Below, piece after piece: positions 23,657 through 36,911 of a DNA stretch of 64,000 bases (positions are counted from its first letter, which is position 1; each line of letters starts with the position of its first letter). A program made the translations under genes and the position numbers. The stretch comes from Lingula anatina (lineage: Eukaryota; Animalia; Brachiopoda), in contig CM120642.1 of NCBI GenBank assembly GCA_051362555.1, forward strand, positions 8,866,001-8,930,000, given 5' to 3'. The notes below the pieces were generated by a model that saw nothing but the letters and a program-made list of their open reading frames with translations, was not told the origin of the DNA and did no database searches.

Positions 23657-26600
23657 ATGCTTGGTGTTGCTTCCATACTCAAGAAATGTGAGCTACAAAT
23701 GATTTTGATTTCTTTTGTTTTCACAGATATGAGGTGAGTGTTAGAAAAGGGCTGATTAAGTTTCGTTATTTGTTTGACATTAAATTTCCATTTCACTGCC
23801 TTCTAAATCCAATATCATGGAGCAGCATTTAATGTATTTTTACTCAAAACAGTGACGTAAAGATAAAGTTTTGGAATCGACATTTACCATAATTAGATAC
23901 GACCTTATGATGCTTCTAAAGACCAGTTAGTATACCCTGTACATAAACTTTTATCGTTCCTAATCATTGAAAAGAAGCATGATTATACAAGCCGTCTTTT
24001 ATGTCTTTTTTAAACACCTTTACAGACTTAAACTGATATCAGGCTTATATTGGATAAAAGTGTTTTGATCTTGTATTTTTATAATTATTTCAGCTTCGGT
24101 TTGACAGAGTCTTATCAGTGTTCACAGACCTGTTATAGCCAGCAACGTTATACTACAAGTTGTGGGTTTCTTGGTGTGAGCAGATGTACAAGATATAGGC
24201 AAGAGCATTTAAAACAATTACCGCCCACCTGGCGAAGCTATAGAATAAAATTCCGGAGTAACAAAAAGAAAGAGCATTTAGAATTTGCTTGTTTTAACAA
24301 TTAAAATTTAATTAAAAAATTAAAATAAAGAACCAAAGTACATTTGTTGTTGTTGTTGTTTTTTAAGTGAGTAAAACCCGTGGTATTGCTATTTTCAGAC
24401 AAATTTCAAACGTCTGCTACCACTCCTGCTTTAGATGCGCCGCGGGGTGGACTGGAAACAACTGTAATACACGTGAGTCTGGCATGTGAAGAATGCATGG
24501 AATGTGTAGAAAGAGTTAAAAAAATATGGTACATGTATGCCACGAATATATATTTAAGAATAGTAAGAATAGGCTGAAACCAGCTGCATTTCAATGATAT
24601 GCCTTATAAATTTGGCACTTATTTTCCTAATTCTAGCCATTTGCTCCAGTTGCCCTAACGGAGGGACTTGTACACTACCAAACTATTGTTCGTGCGTCAC
24701 CGGATACGTGTCACCAAACTGCGTTGGTAAGCATGTATACGTAAAAGAATAAATTGGCAACTAGTTCTACAGCCAGAATTTTTATAATTACAACACGTTT
24801 GCATCAAACGAAAATATTTACATTTGTGATTTTAAATATTTTTTAAAGTGATAAATGACCGGATTTGGACATAAAAGTGCAAAAAGAATATATATTTTCG
24901 TGTATCACTATCAATCATATAGATCTTTGCAATTTACATTTGATAAACACAATGTCAGATTTTGTGAGTATTTACTCAAGGCAGTATTTTTAGTCATTAT
25001 TTGTGTGCATTAAAAGGCATAGGTAATATTACAATCGTCGATAATAGTATGTAGAAGTGTCACTAATACATACAAGTGCATGTATCATTTAACGGGAATA
25101 TAATTTAATATTATCCTATTTCAATAACTCGAACTTTGTTATGAATCACCCAAATTCCGAAGGGTGATAAATGTGGATAAGCATACGTCAACTAGTATTT
25201 GCAAGCACCAAAATTTGACACACCTTGAAGATAAAATATTGGAATACAAGATGTGTTTGAAATTAGGAAAACATAACAGAATATCATAGTCAAAACTTAC
25301 AGTGTAGGAAAGTCTTGCAATGTTACATTTTGGTCCTTGCAGACAACAACGAATGTGCCAGTAACAATGGCGGATGTGACCAAACATGCCACAATACTCA
25401 TGGCTCGTACTACTGTAGTTGTAGAAGTGGGTACACACTGGTCAACGGACATCAATGCCAAGGTAGGTATGTGGAAGGACTGCAGTCGTGACAGAATTGT
25501 ACTTATACAATTTTCCCATTTCTGTACCAATTCTATTAGAAAATATAAGCTGGTATCTTGTATAAGCTATAGGATACTTACGAAAAAAATGAGTAAGTTT
25601 GTCTTCATCTTCGAACAAATGATAATAATATTATAAATTGTGTCATCAGTAAAATGTTTATTATTTTGGAAACAACTTTGAAACAACCTTTTCTCATTTC
25701 ATTTTTTTCAACTTTCATGATATTTAATATATTAGGATTCCACAAGATCTTTTTTGCAACACTATAAAAACTATTTATTTATATACCCGCATACAGTTGC
25801 ACGTAGCGTGTATCACATTATAATATCAAGTAAAATATTGTGATGACGTCATTCCAGACAATATTGAATGTAACAGTAACAATGGTGGATGTGACCAAAC
25901 ATGCCACAATACTCATGGCTCGTACTACTGTAGTTGTAGAAGTGGGTACACACTGGTCAACGGACATCAATGCCAAGGTAGGTATGTGGAAGGACTGCAG
26001 TCGTGACAGAATTGTACTTATACAATTTTCCCATTTCTGTACCAATTCTATTAGAAAATATAAGCTGGTATCTTGTATAAGCTATAGGATACTTACGAAA
26101 AAAATGAGTAAGTTTGTCTTCATCTTCGAACAAATGATAATAATATTATAAATTGTGTCATCAGTAAAATGTTTATTATTTTGGAAACAACTTTGAAACA
26201 ACCTTTTCTCATTTCATTTTTTTCAACTTTCATGATATTTAATATATTAGGATTCCACAAGATCTTTTTTGCAACACTATAAAAACTATTTATTTATATA
26301 CCCGCATACAGTTGCACGTAGCGTGTATCACATTATAATATCAAGTAAAATATTGTGATGACGTCATTCCAGACAATATTGAATGTAACAGTAACAATGG
26401 CGGATGTGACCAAACATGCCACAATACTCATGGCTCGTACTACTGTAGTTGTAGAAGTGGGTACACACTGGTCAACGGACATCAATGCCAAGGTAGGTAT
26501 GTGGAAGGACTGCAGTCGTGACGTCATGACCATAGCAGTATGACGTCACAGGATAAGTGGAAGATCTGCTTTATACCGACATTGCAATTGATAGAATTGT

Positions 26601-29600
26601 ACTTATACCATTTCCCCATTTATGTACCAATTTTATTAGAAAATATAAGCTGGTATCTTGTATAAGCTATAGGATACTTACGAAAAAAATGAGTAAGTTT
26701 TGTCTTCATCTTCGAACAAATCATAATAATAATATTATAAATTGTGTCATCAGTAAAATGTTTATTATTTTGGAAACAACTTTGAAACAACCTTTTCTCA
26801 TTTCATTTTTTTTTCAACTTTCATGTTTAATATATTAGGATTCCACAAGATCTTTTATGCAACACTATAAAAACTTTATTTATATACCTGCAAACAGTTG
26901 CACATAGCATGTATCACATTATAATATCAAGTAAAATATGGCGATGACGTCATTCCAGACAATATTGAATGTAACAGTAACAATGGCGGATGTGACCAAA
27001 CATGCCACAATACTCATGGCTCGTACTACTGTAGTTGTAGAAGTGGATACACACTGGTCAACGGACATCAGTGCCAAGGTATGTTAATGTTCTTATTTTC
27101 ATCATCTCAATACACATAGCTTTGTTTTCAACATATTTAACTATTTAATGTACATATGTGAATCTAATAGTGATACTTATGTAGTGAGATTCACAAATAA
27201 TAACAAAGCAGCATGTTTAAAGCCTAGTAATTTATACAATCATAACTAACCTTTACTTTTGAGCATTACCTAACCAGATTTTTTACTTATGAAGGTGATA
27301 TTTATTATTTATCAAATTTTTGGTTTCTCTCCCACGTATCGATATTTAAAAATTATTGATTTATGCTTTGTTTGGAGGTATTTACCTTATACTGATTTAT
27401 ACACATTACACTGTACAATGTACTTATGCTAATTTATATATAGAGAGAAAGGCATATATCTCATTTATATTAAAAGTAAATTAAGTTTAACTACACTTGA
27501 TTTCCCTCCAGACGTTAACGAATGTTACAGTCTCAATGGCGGATGTGACCAAACATGCCACAATACTCATGGCTCGTACTACTGTAGTTGTAGAAGTGGA
27601 TACACACTGGTCAACGGACATCAATGCCAAGGTATGGTGAAATATGAAGTGTCATTATTTTAGTATCTATAGAGCTCGGTCAATTGAAAACTTTTACATG
27701 TAAAAAGAACTAATGATTTTCATATTAATTTCTAGTACATCGGAATTGGAGGAAGATTTTCTTGGTTAGATTACTTTCAAGGAAATTTTATAATTTATCA
27801 TTTCCTTATGACATTTGCAGTAAGATATTCATAAATATGCGTTTCTTTTGAGAGAGATTTGTGTCATGTTTCGCTTATTTATATAGGGTATGCCCGTGAA
27901 ACTCAGAGTACCTGTAGAGATTTAGACATGTAACGGGTTTATTTAGTCATTTATTTATTTATTTTTAATTGTGTATAAATGCTCCGCAGAGTTGAGCTCT
28001 CAGAATACCGTACATACGATATATATGTAATCTTTTAAAAGTTATTACTCAATTAATTCTCAAAGGTAATTTTTTTTAAATCGACCCTCAGAGACAGGAC
28101 CAATTGGTAAGGGTTTTCATCAGAATCTCTAATGCAGAGTACTTTATAAAGAGCTGCCATAGACATATTGGATCTAAAAATACCTTAATTTTCACTTCTT
28201 GTGGCATTTTTGGCTTACAGTCCGTATATTTCCCGTTGAATCGTTTTCTGACGATATCAAAATTTTAAACTTCACATTGGGTCATCAGCATTCAAGGTAT
28301 CGATTCCATTTTGCTGTTTGCGCTCTGAGTATTATCTTTACAAATAGACAAGCATGATGTTGGCTTGGAAGCAGAAATAAACGCCCGTATCTGAAGTCAA
28401 TTTTAAAATGCGTTTGTGTTAAAAACAACAATTAACGCTGATGCGCACTCTTAATTGAATCAAACAGTATTGATTTATTTGCCTTTCACGGGTAATTGTG
28501 TAGATATTATCAAAATTCACTGCACATCCGGGTTGTTGTTTGAACTTCTAAAGGCTCACAGTTAAATTGATATTTCCCGTAGTCTAAAATAATGGCTTAA
28601 TTGTAGTATCTAGACAAAAGAGAGCAGCTAATGTAGCAGTAAGTGCATTTTGTAAAAAATGGGCATTTGTCGCGGTCTTCTAGGTCAGGAAAGTATCACA
28701 TTCATAGTTTAATATAAAAAATTCCTCATACGCAGAAACACGTCATCCTTTCCATTAAAACATATACCAGTCAAACTTGAACATTGCAATGAGATATCCA
28801 AATTTACATTTTCTCATAAAGCATTTCATGTAGTGTCTAGCATACGAATTCTGATGGCTGTATATATCTACGTCTCTCTCTTTCTTTTTAAGACATAAAC
28901 GAGTGCATGGTGTCGCCTGGTGTCTGCGAGCATTTTTGTCATAACAGCAATGGCGGATACTCCTGCAGCTGCCAAACTGGATATCAAGCTGCTGGAGACG
29001 GGCATGCCTGTTTAGGTATAGGGGAGGGTATAGTTATTGATAAAAGTTGATATTTATTGTGGATCTGTAATAAAAGGGGAAATTTATTGCACCTGGAAGA
29101 CTTAAGTTTTAATGTATTTATAACGCATGTATTCACCCCTTTTTGCACCATATATTTCTGGACTTGTGCACGTATGTACACACGTAAGTCATTCATACAA
29201 AAAAAAAAAAAAAAAAAAAAATTGTGCATCGCGGAACATGCAGTAACAAAGGCAGTTAGATGTGGTTTACAGTTCTATAAAAGGAGTACTGAAAGTGATT
29301 GATCCCTATCGATTTTGCACAAAGTACATGCTGCCACTGCATCCTTTTTAACTGGCTTAAAAACCAATACTACTGTTCTAAATGCGGTCATTACAACTAT
29401 CTCTACAGTAAAGAAAGATGAAAAATATTTCACATGGAAGTTCTGCTTATGCACTAAATTATTCTTTAGAGGAAACAAGTTGCATTCTAGGAGGTATATA
29501 TTCTGATCTTTGTGCTAGTTTTCATATACTGCTTAGGTTTCATATTCTGTTAACTTTATTATGACTGACATGTTGGAAATAACAAAATTTGATTTCAATT

Positions 29601-31351
29601 CCTCTTAGATATAGACGAATGCCTCACGAACAATGGCGGCTGTAACCAAACTTGCTTGAATCAGAGAGGCTCCTATATTTGCACGTGTCCAGTAAGGGCA
29701 TACAAGCTTGCTGAAAATGAACATGATTGCATAAGTAAGTATTCTGTTGGCCAATCTTAGCCATATGCACATCAAGGTTACTTAGTCCCATTCTTGCCAT
29801 TTTCATAGGGAGCGTTCAGATAAACCCATCGTCCTAGCTGGATCGGTCCAACTCTGCAGCAGATTCTCCCTCAGTGCAATCACTGGAATCGGCTTAAATG
29901 TCCGACAAGCCTTCTCCAGCTGCTAGTGCGTAATTAAGTCGAACGCACACAAAACTTTATTACTCAATAGTCATTTAGGAAGCGTCAGACAATTTAGCTG
30001 ATTACACGGAAGTAATTAAGCGAGAATCCCCTGCAGAGTTGGATCGATACAGCTGCTACGATGTTTGACAATTCCATGGGGATGGGGGCTGGGTCAAAGG
30101 GAAGAGTTCTCAGGTCCGTAGCCGGAGGAGGGGAGGGAGGTTCGGGGGGTTCGAAAGAACCCCCCTCTGGGTGAAATTTAATGAAGGTACTTGAAAGTTT
30201 CATGGTTAAAGGTCCACTTTTTTAGAAAAAGAACCCCCCTTTTGAAATTTCTGGTTACGGGCTTGTTTCTTCATGTTAAATTAGCTCTATCTGTGTGTCA
30301 ACACACTCCCAGAAACTCTCACTCCTCTCGCACCGTGCCCTAGCTGCTTTCTCTATCCTTTTTACGGTGAAGCTGGCTTCTCGTTCCGCCATAAGGTGCG
30401 TTAAGTGACCAACGATTGTGCGATGTAATTAGTTATTCTTCAGTGCATTTCTGAAATGCAGTTGTCAAAGTTTTCCATCCTGTCACGGAATTATTATCAG
30501 GTAACACATTTCCATAGAAAGTACATGAATTGATTGCCACGTATTGTGTTTTGAACGCGTTTTAAACAAAGCGTAATTGACGTTGGATTATAATTTCTAA
30601 CATCGATGTTGTTCATGCATCTTGTGGTATAATTAAAAAGATAATCCACAAATTTATTGTACAAATTGCGTTGGGTTTTCCTGAGACAAAAACTGGGCTG
30701 TTGGTTATTTTGTGATGCATACTCAATCCACCTCCCCATATTGTTTAAGAAAGGAAATATTTCGTTCATGTTGCAATCGATGACAGTGCCGACCAAAGAT
30801 AATGCTGTCGATAAAATAAACGTACAATCATCGTAACACTTTACTTAGAGTTCTATTTTATAAGGCCATGAACAAAGAGGACCAAACTGAATGTCGCCTG
30901 TGAGTCACCGAATGTACTGTATCCGGAATTTTCACACCAAATCAAATTTTCCAACAATAAGCAATCTCCCCCCTGATCACGAATTAATGCTTGAATCATG
31001 GATACGATATTTTATATAATTTATGATCCGAATGAATACATGATAGCATATTTATATACACATGTATGTGAAATTGATCATTTCTCCATTTCAGGAACCT
31101 ACCAAATAGAGCGCAAATACAGCATACTTGGAAAAAACAAACGAATCAACGGCTACAGCATTTATTCAAAGATGGCACGCAGCCGCTTGGATTGTGCCAC
31201 CGCGTGTATACGAGAATCCCGCTGTCGGTCCTTCAACGTGGAAATCCCAGAAGGCCAGTCAAGTGGCTACCGTTGTGAACTCAATACATATCTGCCTGCC
31301 GTCAATGAATTAGAAAACCAGGAATCTTTTGAAATATATGCTGTACCGTGA
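23657..31351 (+). CDS. Secreted EMI-like + EGF + 7x cbEGF + PAN/apple domain protein (paralog B), 12 coding exons
   Basis: Exons 23657-23733, 24094-24198 (GC donor), 24399-24472, 24637-24726, 25343-25462, 25858-25977, 26373-26492, 26959-27078, 27512-27631, 28893-29015, 29609-29734, 31095-31351. The frame is open throughout and ends ..[27 protein letters not shown]. Confidence 0.87.
25343..27078 (+). repeat. Tandem exon-plus-intron repeat (515, 515 and 586 bp periods), each unit carrying a 120-nt cbEGF exon
   Basis: Units start at 25343, 25858, 26373 and 26959; both exon and intron sequences are near-identical between units. Confidence 0.93.
29822..30065. mobile_element. Palindromic MITE-like element (family with 31820-32010 and 59743-59950)
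   Basis: Inverted ends catcgt..agctggatcggtccaactctgcag / ctgcagagttggatcgatacagct..acgatg; shared internal gctgYta..gtaattaa motif. Confidence 0.6.
30111..30265. mobile_element. Small hAT-like MITE
   Basis: Imperfect TIRs caggtccgtagcc / ggttacgggcttg, internal gggggttc..gaaccccc repeats, flanks gttct/tttct. Confidence 0.6.
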
Positions 31352-31487
31352 AATACTCTTTACACTTCCACTGCACGATTTGTATTGTGACTACATATAT
31401 TTCACGCTGTATAAGATACACACTGTTGGTCTAACAGGACAATGTAACAGGACAATGTAAAACATTTTAACAATGCAAAATATGTGA

Positions 31488-31606
31488 TAGATACAATACG
31501 AGTCGCCGAGCTGTACGTGAAATATTACGAGTGTATTGGCGAGTCGCAGGCGAGACAATACACGAGTAATTTTCACGTACAGCTCGGCGACGAGTGTTGT
31601 ATCTGG
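31488..31606. repeat. ~120-bp imperfect palindrome (Crypton-like non-autonomous remnant)
   Basis: agatacaatacgagtcgccgagctgtacgtgaaa..tttcacgtacagctcggcgacgagtgttgtatct, with regularly spaced cgag/cgag mismatches. Confidence 0.6.
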
Positions 31607-31819
31607 CTTAAACCACGGCCTGTGATTGGCTACTACACTAGTAGTGCAACAGACCGTGGGACGCACTCGTACATGACGTGCTTGAATGCCGAATACAGCA
31701 CGGCCGAGTCTTTTGTTCTACGCGCTAGCCGTGGTTTAAAATTAAATTAGACGGATAAGACTTTCAAGAATTCTAGTTCGATAGACCACAACTTTTAACG
31801 ACGCTTTAGGAACCATTCC

Positions 31820-32010
31820 CACACCCTATCGTACTAGCTGTGGATCGTTCTATCTCTAAGGGGATTCTCCCTAAATTGAAGCTGCTAGGGGGTAATTAAT
31901 TAGCAGCTTCAGTAGGCGTGCCAGACATCTAAGCCGCTTAAGCTGAAAGCACTTTAACGAGAAACCCCTTGGAGATGGATCGATCCTGTTAGATAGATCT
32001 TAGTATGGGA
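31820..32010. mobile_element. Palindromic MITE-like element
   Basis: ggatcgttctatctctaaggggattctc / gagaaaccccttggagatggatcgatcc inverted ends; related to 29822-30065. Confidence 0.55.
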
Positions 32011-33131
32011 ACCCAGACGTTTGAGCCAAGTCCCAAGTCATAAGACATAGATTTTGAAGAATTGTCAAGGTAAACTAGCTGGTTTTATATGTCAAGTATT
32101 TAATTAACACTGTTCTGCTTATGAAAAGGCATTTTATTTGTGAGCACTATCATCATCCTATACAAAATGGGAGATAAACAGAAACAGTATTATCGTTGCA
32201 TGACTGAATTTTCCGTTGATTGATAGTGCACATGTATCCCAAATCGACATAGAACTAAAATAAGACTGCAGTCACACAAGTAATACGATATTACCTAATA
32301 TTACGTATTATAGTAGGTTCTTTGGTTTGAATAAGTTTGTAAGGGTGGATCACCGGTCTCCGCTTAATAGAAGCAGTATCCAACTCATATCGATGCAAAC
32401 TGACTGAGGGTCCTCCGAAATTTAATCTCGCTTATATTGATTTTTACAAGAAAGCACCACCTTGGATTTTTACCCACTGACTGACAGGTCCCCAACACTA
32501 CCTTTAATATGTACAAATCTTGTGGAAGTTGTAGTTCTCTGTTAAATAGACCTTCAGTTTCGTAACACTGGTCCCTAATCACAAAGGACACAATTATCTG
32601 ATAGACTTAATTAATTTTTATATCCTCCATCTGTATGTATAGACACAGGTGTTTGATGTCAAAAGGTCCCTAAATGTATTTGATTATGCTACAAATATCA
32701 TAAAATAATAAATACAATTTAATGAAATAGAAATGACCCATATTCTAGTTACAGTAATGAATTTTTTATCATGCATTTATACTTGACCGTCTCGTTTATA
32801 TCTGTGTGGGGAAGGATCTATGCATATGGTTATATGCAGTTTAGATATTGGCCCAATATTACACCAGCTATATACCTGCCTGCATTATTATGAAATCACC
32901 TTTACGAAGTCCACAGCTAAATAGTTAAAAGTTCGTGTAAATTTCATTCCAAGATTGTCCACAGCCATTTAAAAACTTAGCATTTGGTGAAACATATTTT
33001 TCTCATATCACAACGAGCAATATATATCTTTTAATAGTCTAATCCTACTCCAAATTTATTTATTTTATATCAATGACCTTTCGAAGTCATTGCTTTCCAG
33101 TACTTTCTTGATATGAACCTGTTCGAAACAG

Positions 33132-34154
33132 TCAGTCCTCATTTTCATCAATGCCATTTTTGTTCGTGAATGAAATAGTGGCAAGCGGTGTCATACTAGT
33201 TGCTCCTGGGAGGTGGTCGTTCGCGGAGGTCGTTCGCCTTTTTGGATTAATTAACTTTATTGTCTCATTTCGAAACTCCGGGCTGCTGCAAACATATAGG
33301 GCGAAGTTAATACAGTGGTTCACTTTGCTCAGGAGCCAAAGCGAATCACGGACTCTTGAAGGAATAGGCACGTCGATTCTTATGATTCTAGTTAAAAAAT
33401 CTATCACTCGCACTGGGCCCACGAGAACAAGGAAAGCTACAACATTGCACAGAAGCATACGATGAGTTTTTCTGTATTTGCCGCTAGAACTTCTTGTTGA
33501 TATTGTTAGTTTCTTTTGCATTGTTGCCACTCTTTTCAGTTTAAGTGCGATGGCAATACACAGCACTAAAAGAACCAGCCAAGATCCAGTTGCTATACTG
33601 AATGTAGAATAATGATGTATTTGTTGAAATATATTCGACGTTTGATTGTAAATGCAGAGTCTACCTTTATAGTGCGGTTCAACAGTATGGGCGAGAAAGT
33701 ACGCATTTCCTCCGAGAGTGAACATGGTAACGGCACCACACATCACTAACACGCGTTTCTGCGAAAACAACATCGGACCACGAAACGGAAAAAATACAAC
33801 GCAGAAGCGTTCTAATGTCACCATAACAATGAATATGTACGACAAAAATAAAGCGCTATGTGCTACCCATGACTGTATGTCCGCATATGTGCATCTAGAT
33901 CCCATGATGTTATTTACATAAACGGTATCGTACAGTGCGTAGTTTGTCGTCAGTTGGATCATAACGGAGAAATCAGCAAAAGCCAGGAACAGGAAAAACA
34001 CAAAAGTTGACTTGCGCCTGAGTTTTTGGCTAGCTAAAATCACAGCAATGGTAAAAACATTTCCGAGAGATGATAGAACCGTTAGGACGTACACTGCTAT
34101 CCTACTACAGAGTCCTAGATAGTTCCAGCACTCTGCCGACGTGATGTCAGCCAT
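33132..34154 (-). CDS. Intronless rhodopsin-class (class A) GPCR, FMRFamide-receptor-like/chemoreceptor-like, copy 1 (340 aa)
   Basis: Seven hydrophobic segments; GN (TM1), LAFAD (TM2), TLERFCVVFFP (TM3), VGP (TM6), NHCINFALY..SPEFR (TM7/helix 8). Confidence 0.92.
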   Translation of the reverse strand: MADITSAECWNYLGLCSRIAVYVLTVLSSLGNVFTIAVILASQKLRRKSTFVFFLFLAFADFSVMIQLTTNYALYDTVYVNNIMGSRCTYADIQSWVAHSALFLSYIFIVMVTLERFCVVFFPFRGPMLFSQKRVLVMCGAVTMFTLGGNAYFLAHTVEPHYKGRLCIYNQTSNIFQQIHHYSTFSIATGSWLVLLVLCIAIALKLKRVATMQKKLTISTRSSSGKYRKTHRMLLCNVVAFLVLVGPVRVIDFLTRIIRIDVPIPSRVRDSLWLLSKVNHCINFALYVCSSPEFRNETIKLINPKRRTTSANDHLPGATSMTPLATISFTNKNGIDENED

Positions 34155-36911
34155 GTCGGTTGAAGTCTTGAGCGCTTTTTGAGAACTTTGTTTCTTAAAG
34201 CCAGCACCTAGGGAATCAGGCTGTTTTTGTATAGTTACATGCTTTGATATGGCCAGGAAGCCACAGGCAAAAAATGTCCCTTAAAATATCCATCTGTGAT
34301 GTTGAAACCGAAAACTACAATTCATGCACTGTAACGTATTTCTGTTGAATAGTTTTATAAGCTGTCCTCAACATGTGTTTATCTCTGCGTTTCTTTACCT
34401 TTAACTAGGTTCCCCGCGCTTGTTTCTGGTGTCATTTGTGGAATTAATTGTCGCATCACATTAAAAATACACTTGGCGGGATTGCTGTTAGGTGTCAGGG
34501 TTTCTCGCTTTCCTCCGTCGCTATGAATATGTGTAAAACATAGGCCTCAGTGTCTCTTGTCGTTTTGTCCGCATGTGCGTATAAATGATTTACCAAGATG
34601 GATCGCCCGACATTAAAAAGATCCTTGTTTGATCTGAATACCGGTCCCTTTTCACATGATGAGCACATTTAATGGCCAAGCCAATGAAAATATACCTCTG
34701 TGCACGCTTCATTTAATGGATTACGTTTCCCGAATGAAAGTTGATACTGCATAGGTATTCAGGCAGCATTCCTTCATGCATCAACAACCTCAGAACATAA
34801 ACCTAAAAATATTTAAAGTAACACCAAAATTATAATATTTTGTTGTATTTTTTTCGAGACACGCGAAGCGGAGTATTAATTCGCTGCTCTGTCCTGCTTG
34901 ATTCGATTGTCCTTTTCTCCGCTTTTCAGCTCGCCTTATGGACATCGACGTTATAGCTGCAGAGTATTATCGTCCTCGTTATCATTAGAAAATTTATTGT
35001 AATATAGTTTTAAATCATCTTCATTGTTTTTTGTCGACATTTTGTAATCTTAATCGTAAAAAAAGAAAGTTAAATCAAAAATAAAAGAAGACAGTTTTGC
35101 CTCGACCGGTAATTCATGTTCATTCCCAGTTGTAAGCGCAGTAAGATATTTTAAGTATGTTCTACTCTTCTTAATTATCTAACAGAACACAATGAACGAC
35201 ATATGGTGAACAACAATTACCTGTGACATTTACTTGTGACTGTGTTAATTTTAGGCCACGTTAATAACCAGTATAGACAGCAAGCTCTAATGGTGGTTTA
35301 TCTGCCGCAAACTGATGCCCAACGGAACCTGTCAAGACGCAAATTGTCTAAGTGCAGATTGCACAGTTCTTCGTGTTCGCGATGAGAGACGAATTTTGGG
35401 GTTTATCTGAAGGGTAATGCTTTAAAGCTTTGTGATGGAAATGTGTACACCAACACACACTGAAAGGTACATATAGAGGTAGAAAACCTCTATTTATCAA
35501 TTGCTGTCTCGTTCGAGAGGAGCTAATTGGCATAATCCATCGCTATTGATCATTTGGCAATGCTGTCTTGGTGACATCCATCATAATAAGGGATGACAGC
35601 CATGTAGTGAAGGACTACCTCATAGCTCACAATGCATGTAGGCAGAGCATTATATAATTACTCGACTGTCTGTTCACATTTTAACATTACATATGTATTT
35701 TTCGTGGTTATCTATTTCTCTACAAGTGTATCTATTTTATTATTTATTTTTTTATAAGTGATTAAGCAGTGAATCTATCAATTTCCGACTATGACAGTTT
35801 AACATTTTTGCATAATTTCATTAAGCATATTTTTCTTCCATCACATCAAAGCCTTCTCTGCAAAATTTGATCATGAATTGCATTGTATTTATATAGAGTA
35901 ATAATGCAGAAGGGTAGAAAATATTACCATGCAGGTAGTAGGCATGCATCGTATACATACTCAGTGGTAATAATTCAGTGGTCAGAATGAATGTGCAATT
36001 CATGTTAATAAATAAATGTAATATAAAACGCTGCATTGCCCCTGAAATCACACATGACATAGCGTTATTTCTTTCTCATAGGACTTATTAAAGCAAATGC
36101 TGGCACAGATATCAAACATTTGCCAACTATGCCTTGATTAAATGGGTAGTCTTTTCTCCCTAATATAGAGGCTAGGTTTTAGATATCAAACAAGTTTGGA
36201 CTATTTACCAAGAAGAAAATTTGGAAGAATTAATACAACAATTAATTGTCATTATCATTTTAAAGTTTTTTAATACCAACAAAACAAGTCTATCGTCAGT
36301 CAGCAGTCTACATATTCATTGCTGTAGTTGTGCTCTATGAGATTGCGCCGGGTGTGCTCGTGTTTATTGCAGTATCTTCGATATCAGGAGACGGTCAGCT
36401 CAAGGGACGGCCAGCGATATCTGTCCAATAGCAAATACGTGTACGACAAATACTTATAAGATTGGGTGTAACCATAATTTCAATCAATACGCGAAACCCC
36501 GTGGAGAAGAGCCCACAAATAAACCGGTAGAATTGTTAAAATAGAAAATGATAAACCACGTTCAAGGGCACATTTTAAATGCAAATCAACACAAAATATC
36601 ATTTACAGTAGATATCATAAGCGACTCATGAGGATGCATTTTGAGTGGGGTTCAGGGGTAAAGACGGGGTATAGCCAAGGTGCAGATATGAAGTGCATAT
36701 TAAATGTAATATACGTCAAGAAGACGACTTGGGACATAATTCATTAACATAGCACGAGACTAACTGCTACAAACTAACGATAACAATAATAGCAAAAACA
36801 AAAATGAAAACAACAAAAACAATAATTATGATGATAATAATAATAAAATTAAATGACAAAAAATTTAGTGGATTTAGGCCAAAATGTAAGGCTAAATTAA
36901 AGCCTAGATTA

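Noticed and set aside
33151-33921. Plus-strand ORFs overlapping the GPCRs (also 39002-39799)
   Set aside because: Antisense shadows of the GPCR coding sequence.
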